Positions 17,425 to 27,475 of a DNA stretch of 64,000 bases are shown here, in pieces; within the stretch, counting starts at the first letter, position 1; each line of letters starts with the position of its first letter. The notes beneath the pieces were generated by a model. The model was not told the origin of the DNA and did not search any database. It was given only the letters and a program-made list of their open reading frames with translations. The stretch comes from an uncultured Alphaproteobacteria bacterium (GTDB lineage Bacteria; Pseudomonadota; Alphaproteobacteria; JAPULJ01). The translations under genes and the position numbers were made by a program. The DNA lies in contig CAZBRE010000001.1 in NCBI GenBank assembly GCA_964494065.1, positions 14,737-78,736 of the forward strand. Direction: 5' to 3'.

Positions 17425-18888
17425 TCAAGCGACGAAGGCCTCAGCCTCGATTTCCACTTTGTAGTCGCCGATCAGCGAGCCGATCGCATTCAATGTGTTG
17501 ACCGGCTTGATCGACCCGAAGACGCGCCCATGCGCTTCCGACACGGCCATGACGTCGGCGGCGTCGGCGAGATAGACCTGTGTGCGAACGACGTCCTCCA
17601 TCGAAGCCCCCAAGGCGCCGAGGGCTCCGGCGATCTTGTCGAGTATGTATGTGGTCTGCGCACCGGCGTCGCCGCGGGCAACCACCCGATCGGCACCCGC
17701 CGTTGCAGTCGTGCCCGATACCAGGATCCGGTCGCCGATCCGTCGCGCCCGGCAATATCCCGCAATGTCCTCCCATTCGCTGCCGGACAGGACCCTGCGC
17801 TGGCCCGGCTTGCCCGGTACGTCCTCGGCCACATAGGCTCGGTCGAACGACGTCAGGTGATCGCTGAGGTCGCCCGCGGCGGTCAGGTAAGGCGGCCTGC
17901 GGTACTCGTCGCCGCAGTCGCCCGGCACCGGTTTCGTGGCGGCAAAGGCCTCGTCGAGCAGTGCGTGGTCTTCGCCGTCGAGCGTGAAGGCGAACAGGCG
18001 CAGATTGTCGGCGCGGTGCTCGCGCTCACCCGGCCTGGCGCCGATGATCACGCCGGCCACGGCGGCTTGCTCGAGCACCCACCGCGAGGCGACGTTGGGG
18101 ATTGAGACGCCGTGCTTGTCGCCGATCTTGGCGGCGGCGCGCAGAATGCCCTGGTAGGGCTCCCAGCCGCCGATCACGTCGATGAAGCGCTTGTATTTCA
18201 TGCTGCTCCAGTCGGACAGGGTCGCCGGCTCTGGCTGGTCCAACCATTTGTTCGACAGGAAACCGCCGCACAGCGTGCCATAGGCGAGGAGGCGCATGCC
18301 CGTTGCGGCGCAAACCTCCGCGAGCGGTCCTGCGGCCCGGCGGTCGAGCAGCGAGAACGAAACCTGGTTGGTCAGCAGCGGAATGCCGTCGGCATGCGCC
18401 AAGTGCAGATGGGCCGCATCGAAATTGGTGACGCCGATCTCGCCGATAATGCCCTGCGCGCGCAGATCCGCCATCACATGGAGCGCGTCGAGCCATGCCG
18501 GATGCTCGAACGTCCACCAGTGAAGCTGCAGCAGGTCGATATGCTCGACGCCGAGGCGCTGGCGGCGTTCCTCGATCCCGGCACGCACCACCGCTTCGGT
18601 CATCGGTCCGGGCGCAGGGCACCATTTCGTGAAGGCGCGCGGCCGTTCACCGGCGTCCGGGTAGCGCTTGAGCAGGCGGCCCGCAATGATCTCGGCGCTG
18701 CCGTAGTGGTCGGCCATATCGAAGGTCGAAAAGCCTTCGTCTACATAGGCCTGCAGGTGATCGGCAGCGTCGTCCGGGTCGAGCATCTCGCCGTCCTTTT
18801 CCATGTCGGCGACCTGCCACAGGCCCGTCACCACACGGCTGATCTCCATACCGCCGGTCAGTTTCAGCTGTTCGGGACCCTTCGACAT
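17425..18888 (-). CDS. aldo/keto reductase (YdhF-like, paralog 4) fused to a C-terminal RidA/YjgF-like domain
   Basis: Start at internal Met 18888 (MSKGPEQLKLTGGMEISRVVTGLWQV...FDMADHYG). The C-terminal ~120 aa (RILVSGTTATAG...TQVYLADAADV...VNTLNAIGSLIGDYKVEIEAEAFV) has RidA hallmarks. Confidence 0.8.
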   Translation of the reverse strand: MSKGPEQLKLTGGMEISRVVTGLWQVADMEKDGEMLDPDDAADHLQAYVDEGFSTFDMADHYGSAEIIAGRLLKRYPDAGERPRAFTKWCPAPGPMTEAVVRAGIEERRQRLGVEHIDLLQLHWWTFEHPAWLDALHVMADLRAQGIIGEIGVTNFDAAHLHLAHADGIPLLTNQVSFSLLDRRAAGPLAEVCAATGMRLLAYGTLCGGFLSNKWLDQPEPATLSDWSSMKYKRFIDVIGGWEPYQGILRAAAKIGDKHGVSIPNVASRWVLEQAAVAGVIIGARPGEREHRADNLRLFAFTLDGEDHALLDEAFAATKPVPGDCGDEYRRPPYLTAAGDLSDHLTSFDRAYVAEDVPGKPGQRRVLSGSEWEDIAGYCRARRIGDRILVSGTTATAGADRVVARGDAGAQTTYILDKIAGALGALGASMEDVVRTQVYLADAADVMAVSEAHGRVFGSIKPVNTLNAIGSLIGDYKVEIEAEAFVA

Positions 18889-19211
18889 ACTCTTTCGTCC
18901 TCTTCGGGGCTTGCGACGGTATTGACGTCGTTGTTGAAGTCGAGACGACATATCGGCAGCGACCACAGCGGTTTTCTTCGCGATCGCAGCACAACGGCAT
19001 TCGTTGCCACACAACGACATCGCTTGAGAGCGTCATCGGGCAAATTTCGCGATGCGCGCGGTGTGGGACGAGGCGGCGCCGGTCGTTTAGGTGAGTGTAG
19101 ACCCACGGGTGTCGTGCGTGGAACCGTTGAGCTGACGTCGGCAGGGATACGGCCGACCGTGGTCCGATCGCAGGTCCCCCGATCGGTCGATCAATCAACC
19201 ACGTCGCAGAC

Positions 19212-20297
19212 CTAGCCCGCGGCAACGCGGGAGGTTTGCGGCTCCAGATGACGGAGCTGCGGTGCGACCTCTTCCATGAACCGCGTCATCGACCGTGCCC
19301 GTTTCTCGCGTGTGGCCCAGTCCTTTCCCGTGACGATCAGAAATGTGCCGAATCCGTCAACGGCATCATAGAAATCCTTGATCTGACCTGCGATCCGGTC
19401 CGGCTCGCCCAGCAGATAGAAACCGGCCTCGGCAAGTGCCTCGACGGCCCGCTCGTCATTCGGCACGTCGATGTTCAAGACCTCTTTGGCGACTTTGAGG
19501 AATCCGCGCTCGGCCTGGACGCCGACCTCGAACGTGACCGATGGCCGCAGATCCTCCAAGGCTTCCTCGTAGGAATCCGCGACGTAGACAATCCGCGACG
19601 CGGCGATGTTCTGTCGTGCCCCCGCGACCCCCGCATCGGCGGCGTATTTCTGATAGAGATCGGCCTTGGCGCGTACCCGATCGGCGCTCTCCAGAAAAGC
19701 CGTCAAAACCGTGTAGCCACGCTCCGCCGAAAGCTTGATGACAGCCTCGGTATCCGTCGCCGTCGCCATCGGCATATGCGGCGTCGACAGCGGTTTGGGC
19801 AGGGCGACCACACCATTGCCCTGCCAGTGATCGCCGTTCCAGTCGAAAATCTCATCGCTGGTCCAGCATTTTAGAATGAAATCAAGCGATTCCTGGAGCC
19901 GTGCGTGGCGATCCTCGAACGTCAGACCACGCTCGTCGCAGAAAAGCGGCGACGGAAATCCCGTCCCAAACCCGAAGATGAATCGGCCTTCGCCGAGCAG
20001 ATGCTCGGTTACCGCCGCCTGTATCGCGACATCGAGCGGATGCTCGATATGAAGCAGCTTGACCGCCGCCCCCATACGGATCTGCTTCGTAAGACCCGCC
20101 GCCTTGCACATCATCAGTTCCGGCGCGGGAATGGTATCCACGCGATTGATATAGGGCGGCTCGCCATGATGCGCGCTGATATAGGCATCCCGGAAACCCA
20201 GCCTGTCGGCCAACACGATTTCGAGGATGTCTTCTTCGTAGGTTTTTGCAGCACTGGTATGTGGGCGAAATCCGTTTGACCATATTCCGAAATGCAT
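19212..20297 (-). CDS. LLM-class (luciferase-like) flavin-dependent oxidoreductase
   Basis: Start at Met 20297 (MHFGIWSNGFRP...); TIM-barrel LLM family pattern. Confidence 0.75.
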   Translation of the reverse strand: MHFGIWSNGFRPHTSAAKTYEEDILEIVLADRLGFRDAYISAHHGEPPYINRVDTIPAPELMMCKAAGLTKQIRMGAAVKLLHIEHPLDVAIQAAVTEHLLGEGRFIFGFGTGFPSPLFCDERGLTFEDRHARLQESLDFILKCWTSDEIFDWNGDHWQGNGVVALPKPLSTPHMPMATATDTEAVIKLSAERGYTVLTAFLESADRVRAKADLYQKYAADAGVAGARQNIAASRIVYVADSYEEALEDLRPSVTFEVGVQAERGFLKVAKEVLNIDVPNDERAVEALAEAGFYLLGEPDRIAGQIKDFYDAVDGFGTFLIVTGKDWATREKRARSMTRFMEEVAPQLRHLEPQTSRVAAG

Positions 20298-20565
20298 GAG
20301 GGCGGTGGCTCCGACGACGGGCAGGTATGGCAGGGCGTCAATGGCGCGGAGTATCTCGCGCCAGGCGATGCCCCGCAATCCAATTGGCCGGGGCGGCGCG
20401 TGGCAAGGGCGCAATGGCCGGCGGCGCCTTGCGTACGGGCAAGGGTCGCCCGGAGCGCCAGCAGAATCCACGTTCCATCCCGCGACGGCTGCCAGTCGAC
20501 CGCCCGGGTAACACCCTTGACCGTCGATCGGGTATGCCCGCTGATGGTTGGGACCGGACGCCCGG

Positions 20566-23500
20566 CTAGCTAACCGCCTCTTCGCCTGCATCCGGCGCAA
20601 CGGCTTTTTGCGTTTTGGGCCGCGGCGCGAGGTAGGAATAGACCGCCGGTATTACGAATAGCGTGAAGAAGGTTCCGACCAGCACGCCGCCGACGATGAC
20701 AAGGCCGATGTCCTGTCGCGATTCCGCCCCAGCCCCACTCGCGATCGCCAGCGGGATGGCACCAAACACCATCGCGCCGGTGGTCATCAGGATCGGCCGC
20801 AAGCGCAGGACCGCAGCCTCGACGACGGCATCCTTGACCCCTGCGCCCGCCTCCACCCGCTGGTTGGCGAAGTCGACGATCAGGATTCCGTGCTTTGTGA
20901 TCAGTCCGATCAGCGTCACCAGGCCGACCTGGCTGTAGATGTTGAGCGTGCTGCCGTCGAGCCACAGGGCGGTGAGGCCTCCGGTGATCGAGAGCGGCAC
21001 CGTGAGCATGATGATGAACGGGCTGCGGAAGCTCTCGAACTGGGCGGCCAGGACCAAATAGATAAAGGCGAGCGCGAGCACGAAGGTGAGATAGATGCCG
21101 CCGCTCGCCACCTTGAACTCACGCGACTGACCGGCGTAGTCGATCTGCGCGGTCGGAGGCAGCACCTCCTTGACGGCTTGCTCGAGATACGCCAGCGCCT
21201 GGCTGAGCGATGTGCCGGTGGCGAGGTTGGCGGTGATCTTGGCCGCGCGCAGCTGATTGAAGTGGTTGAGCTCTTGCGGCGCCACCGTCTCCTGCACGCG
21301 CACGAGGTTGCCGAGCTGTATCAGCTGATTACGGCTGCTGCGGACGTAGATCCGCGGAATATCGGTCGGGTTCGTCCGGAAGCGCTGGTCGATCTGCACC
21401 ACGACGTCGTATTGGCGGCCCTCACGGTTGAACCGCGTGACCTGTCGACCACCCAGAAAGGTCTCCAGAGTTCGGCCCAGGACTTCGGCCGATACGCCGA
21501 GATCGGCCGCCTTGTCGCGGTCGACGGTGAGCTTGAGCTGCGGCTTGTTCAGGCGCAGGTCGCTGTCGACATTCAGCAGTCCGGGATACGCCTTGGCCTT
21601 GGCCAGGACCTTGTTCGCCATCGCCTGAAGCTCGACGAAGGGGCGCGTCGTCTGGATCACGATCTGCACCGGCTTGTCGCGGACGCTTTGGCCGAGCGGC
21701 GGCGGACGGATCGGAAAGGCCAGCACGCCGGTGATACCCACCATCGATGGGAACATCTGCCGGATGATCTCCGGCTGGCTGCGCTTGCGCGTCGACCAGG
21801 GTTTCAGGCCGGCGAAGCCGATGCCCTGCGAGACGACCGGAAAGCCCGACACGACGAAGTAGCGCTCGATCTCGGGGACCTTCGAGAAGATCTTCTCGAC
21901 CTCGGAGGCGTAGCGGTCGGTGTACCGGATCGTCGATCCCACGGGCGCCCGTATGAACCCGATGATGGTGCCCGTGTCCTCATACGGCGCGAGCTCTGAG
22001 TTGAGCTGCGTAAACACCCCGAAACCGCAGCCCGCGACCGCCAGTCCGACGAGAAGAACCAACGGGCGGATGCGCATCGTCCTGGTGAGCACGGTGCGGT
22101 AACCCTTGCTCAGGCCTTCGATTCCCTGCTCCACCAGGCGATACGCCCAGCCATGCCGGGCCTGGTGCCGCAACAGCAGCGAGCACATCATCGGCGATGC
22201 CGTGAGCGCCACGAAACCCGACACCACGACGGTACCGGCCAGCGTGATCGCGAACTCGGTGAACAGGCGTCCCGTCGTCCCGCCCATGAAGCCGATCGGC
22301 ACGTAGACCGCGGCCAGGGTCAGGGTCATCGCGACGATCGCGAAGCCGATCTCCCGCGAGCCCTGGAACGCAGCCTGCAGCGGCGACTTTCCCTCCTCGA
22401 CGTGACGGAAGATGTTCTCCAGCATCACGATGGCGTCGTCGACCACCAGCCCGATCGCGAGCACCATGGCAAGCAGGGTCAGCGTGTTGATCGAGAAGCC
22501 GAACAGGCTCATCAGCGCGAACCCGCCGATCAGCGAGACCGGGATCGTCACCAGGGGCACGAGGATCGCCCGGAACGAGCGCAGGAAGACGAAGATGATC
22601 AGAACCACGAGGACGACCGCTTCGCCGATCGTGGTGTAGACGTTCTTGATCGACGCATCGATGAACAGCGAGCGGTCGTAGGCGACGCGCGCGGTCATGC
22701 CTTTCGGCAGCCCGGCGACGATCTGCGGCAGTCGGTCGCGCACGGCTTTCGAGACGTCGAGCGGATTTGCGGTGGCCTGCTTGATCACGCCCAGTGCGAT
22801 TGCGCTCTGGCCGTTGAAGCGGACGATCCGGCGCTCGTCCAGGGGGGCCAGCTGCGCGCGGCCGATGTCGTTGAGGCGGACCAGGTAACCCTGCTCGGTC
22901 TTGCGGATCACCATGGTGTTGAACTGCCGCGGGGCCTTGAGGTCGGTCTCCAGCAGGACCGTGAACTCGCGGTAGCGGCTCTCCACCAGGCCGGCGGGTA
23001 TCTCGATGTTCTCGCGCCGCAGCGCCGCTTCGACGTCCTGGGGCGTAACCCGGTAGGCCGCCATGCGGTCGGGATCGAGCCAGATCCGCATCGAATAGCG
23101 GCGCTCACCGAAGATCCGCACCTGCGCCATGCCCGGCAGGGTCTGCAGCTGGTCCTTCACGTAGCGATCGACATAGTCGGTGATCTCCATCGCCGAATGC
23201 CGGTTGCTGGAGAAGGCAAGGTAGATGGTGGGCTGCGCGTCGGCCTCGACCTTCTCGATCACCGGCTCGTCGACTTCCGGCGGCAGGTTCCGGCGCACCC
23301 GGCTGACCCGGTCGCGGATGTCGGCGGCTGCGGCTGAGGGGTTGCGGTCGAGCGTGAAGGTGACGCTGATCTGGCTGGTTTCCTGCCGGCTGATCGAGGT
23401 GATGAAATCGATCCCTTCGATTCCGGCGAGGGCGTCCTCGAGGATCTGCGTCACCTGCGTTTCCATGATCTCCGCGCTGGCGCCCGGATAGCGCGTCTCG

Positions 23501-23649
23501 ACGCTGACGACCGGCGGGTCGATCTTGGGATATTCGCGAACGGTCAATTCGTTGTAGGAGACCAGCCCCAGGAGGACGACGACAAGGCTGAGGACGGTTG
23601 CGAAGACCGGGCGGCGGATACAGATCTCGGAAATGTTCATTGCCGTCAA
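20566..23649 (-). CDS. RND efflux transporter permease (AcrB/HAE1 family)
   Basis: 1027 aa, 12-TM RND topology, conserved ICIRRPVFATVLSL N-terminus. Confidence 0.95.
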   Translation of the reverse strand: MTAMNISEICIRRPVFATVLSLVVVLLGLVSYNELTVREYPKIDPPVVSVETRYPGASAEIMETQVTQILEDALAGIEGIDFITSISRQETSQISVTFTLDRNPSAAAADIRDRVSRVRRNLPPEVDEPVIEKVEADAQPTIYLAFSSNRHSAMEITDYVDRYVKDQLQTLPGMAQVRIFGERRYSMRIWLDPDRMAAYRVTPQDVEAALRRENIEIPAGLVESRYREFTVLLETDLKAPRQFNTMVIRKTEQGYLVRLNDIGRAQLAPLDERRIVRFNGQSAIALGVIKQATANPLDVSKAVRDRLPQIVAGLPKGMTARVAYDRSLFIDASIKNVYTTIGEAVVLVVLIIFVFLRSFRAILVPLVTIPVSLIGGFALMSLFGFSINTLTLLAMVLAIGLVVDDAIVMLENIFRHVEEGKSPLQAAFQGSREIGFAIVAMTLTLAAVYVPIGFMGGTTGRLFTEFAITLAGTVVVSGFVALTASPMMCSLLLRHQARHGWAYRLVEQGIEGLSKGYRTVLTRTMRIRPLVLLVGLAVAGCGFGVFTQLNSELAPYEDTGTIIGFIRAPVGSTIRYTDRYASEVEKIFSKVPEIERYFVVSGFPVVSQGIGFAGLKPWSTRKRSQPEIIRQMFPSMVGITGVLAFPIRPPPLGQSVRDKPVQIVIQTTRPFVELQAMANKVLAKAKAYPGLLNVDSDLRLNKPQLKLTVDRDKAADLGVSAEVLGRTLETFLGGRQVTRFNREGRQYDVVVQIDQRFRTNPTDIPRIYVRSSRNQLIQLGNLVRVQETVAPQELNHFNQLRAAKITANLATGTSLSQALAYLEQAVKEVLPPTAQIDYAGQSREFKVASGGIYLTFVLALAFIYLVLAAQFESFRSPFIIMLTVPLSITGGLTALWLDGSTLNIYSQVGLVTLIGLITKHGILIVDFANQRVEAGAGVKDAVVEAAVLRLRPILMTTGAMVFGAIPLAIASGAGAESRQDIGLVIVGGVLVGTFFTLFVIPAVYSYLAPRPKTQKAVAPDAGEEAVS

Positions 23650-24725
23650 CCGCCCTGCGGGGCGATGACCGTTACCGGCGTGCCGTCGGCGAGCTTGAGC
23701 TGGCCCGCGGTGACGACCACATCGCCGGCCACGAGCCCCGCGACGATTTCAACGCTGCCGTATCGGCGGAGGCCGATCTCGACCTTCGTCAGCGCGGCTT
23801 TTCCGTTCACCACCTTGAAGACGTAGAAGTCCCGGCCACGCGGGATGATCGACTGCTCGAGGACCACGACCGCCTTCTTGCGAACCTGGATCACGAGCGC
23901 GACCCTGGCAAAGAGCCCCGGCTTCAGCCGGTTGTCCGCATTGGGGATCAGCGCACGCACCGTAAGGCTGCGGCCGGCGGGATCGATCCGGGTCGCGATC
24001 GCCGAGACCCTGCCCTTGAAGCTTTCCCCAGGCAGGGCATCCACGCTGACGGTCACCGTCTGATCCACGCGGATGAAGCGGAGGTATCGCTCCGGCAGCT
24101 CGAAATCCAGCTCCAGGGGATCGGCGTCGTCCAGCGTGATCAAATCCTGGCCGACATTGACGTAGGCGCCGACGTCGACACGGCTCAACCCGACGATCCC
24201 GGCAAAGGGAGCGTGCAGCTTGGTCTTCGACAGGCGCGCCTTGGCGAGGTTGACGGCCGCGCGGTCAGTCTGGACCTTGCTGAGCGCCTCGTCGCGAGCC
24301 TGCCCAGTCCCGGCGCCGCGCTTGTAGAGTTTGACCGCGCGCTCGTAGTTGCTGAGGCTGAGCCGCAGGCTGGCCTCCGCCTTCTCCAGCTCCGCCTGAT
24401 AGATCGTGTCGTCGAGGCTGAACAGCAGCGCGCCCTTTTTTACCCGCTCCGTCTCGCGCGCTTCGATGCTGGCGATGACGCCTGCGATCTCGGGCCGCAC
24501 GATGATCGACTTGTTGGCGCGCAGCGAGCCGATCGCATTGACCTCGTTCATGACCGAACGAACGGTCACCTTCTGTGCCTCGACGGGGACCCCCCGACGG
24601 GCCGGTGCGCCCTGGCCGACTGCATGCAGCGCGCCGCCGAGGACGACTGTCCCCATGATGGCAACGCTCGTCAGGGTGCGCAGATGCCGGCCCAGCGAGG
24701 GCCGCCGATCGAGGGATGGCAACAT
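23646..24725 (-). CDS. RND efflux periplasmic adaptor (membrane fusion protein)
   Basis: 359 aa, AcrA/HlyD-like; 4-nt overlap with the RND gene. Confidence 0.9.
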   Translation of the reverse strand: MLPSLDRRPSLGRHLRTLTSVAIMGTVVLGGALHAVGQGAPARRGVPVEAQKVTVRSVMNEVNAIGSLRANKSIIVRPEIAGVIASIEARETERVKKGALLFSLDDTIYQAELEKAEASLRLSLSNYERAVKLYKRGAGTGQARDEALSKVQTDRAAVNLAKARLSKTKLHAPFAGIVGLSRVDVGAYVNVGQDLITLDDADPLELDFELPERYLRFIRVDQTVTVSVDALPGESFKGRVSAIATRIDPAGRSLTVRALIPNADNRLKPGLFARVALVIQVRKKAVVVLEQSIIPRGRDFYVFKVVNGKAALTKVEIGLRRYGSVEIVAGLVAGDVVVTAGQLKLADGTPVTVIAPQGG

Positions 24726-24765
24726 CTTGATGACGAACCGGACCCGGTTTGATGCTAGGCTAAAC

Positions 24766-24781
24766 TGAACTGGTCAGTTCA
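24766..24781. promoter_or_regulatory. inverted repeat TGAACTG-gt-CAGTTCA in the divergent TetR / adaptor-RND promoter region (candidate TetR operator)
   Basis: Seen in sequence; 7-2-7 perfect arms between the adaptor start (24725) and the TetR start (24875). Confidence 0.45.
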
Positions 24782-24874
24782 TATATGATGCGCCGAGGCT
24801 TGAGAAGTCACTTCGATGCGAGCCCGTCGGTGGCTTTGTCGGGCGTTTGACGAGAGGCGAAAAGGCTAGCTTGG

Positions 24875-25561
24875 ATGAATGCACCGACGGTGAACACGCC
24901 CGCCCCGACGCATGGCAGAACGCCGGATTTTGCGACATCGCGCTGGTTGCGAAAGCACGGCGCGATCCTGGACGCCGCGACCGAACTCTTCTTGTCGGAG
25001 GGGTATCTGCGCACCAGCATGGAAGCGATTGCCGATCGGGCCGGGGTGTCCAAAGCCACCCTCTACACGCATTTCGGAAACAAGGCGGGACTCTTTGAAG
25101 CCATCGTCGACGGGCTCTGCCATCAGCTGTTCGAGCCGGTCAGGCGGTCTACTGAGCAGCCTGCGAGCCCGCGGGAGGTTCTCCTGGCATTGGCGCGCCA
25201 GTATATGCAGCTCATGCTCGAGCCGTCGTCGATCGGCCTGTTTCGGGCGCTGGTCTCCGAAGAGGAGGTCCGCAGCGAGCTCGGCGCCCGGTCTTATGGC
25301 GCGGGCGCCGGCGCCGCCTTGGCCGAGCTGGCCGCCTATCTGGAAGACTGGACAAATGACGGCCTGCTATCGGTGGATGACTGCGGGCTGGCGGCCGAGC
25401 AGTTTTTCGGCATGCTGGGCGGCATCGCACAGGTGCGCGCGCTGCTGGGCGTTTGCGAGCAGATATCAGAGACGGCGCTGTCGCGTATGACCGAGGGCGC
25501 CGTAACCACCTTCCTGCGGGCCTTCGCGGCGGCACCAGGTGTCAGCCGGTCTCCCGACTAA
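24875..25561 (+). CDS. TetR/AcrR family transcriptional regulator
   Basis: 228 aa; N-terminal TetR HTH (ILDAATELFLSEGYLRTSMEAIADRAGVSKATLYTHF); divergent from the efflux operon. Confidence 0.9.
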   Translation: MNAPTVNTPAPTHGRTPDFATSRWLRKHGAILDAATELFLSEGYLRTSMEAIADRAGVSKATLYTHFGNKAGLFEAIVDGLCHQLFEPVRRSTEQPASPREVLLALARQYMQLMLEPSSIGLFRALVSEEEVRSELGARSYGAGAGAALAELAAYLEDWTNDGLLSVDDCGLAAEQFFGMLGGIAQVRALLGVCEQISETALSRMTEGAVTTFLRAFAAAPGVSRSPD

Positions 25562-25749
25562 GCCGATACGTAAACGATAGACTACGCAAGTAGACGCGAT
25601 CGGACCTGTGTCCGGCGCGCGATCACGGTCGAACGGTGGATGCCCGACACCCCCGCGCCGCTCTATTTTCGCCTTCCGGTCGGCGGAGAAGATGTCCGCC
25701 TATGACCTATGACCCGCTGCGGAATATTCTCTGACCGGGCAAAGGCAGG

Positions 25750-27468
<1,719 letters not shown>

Positions 27469-27475
27469 GCGCCGC

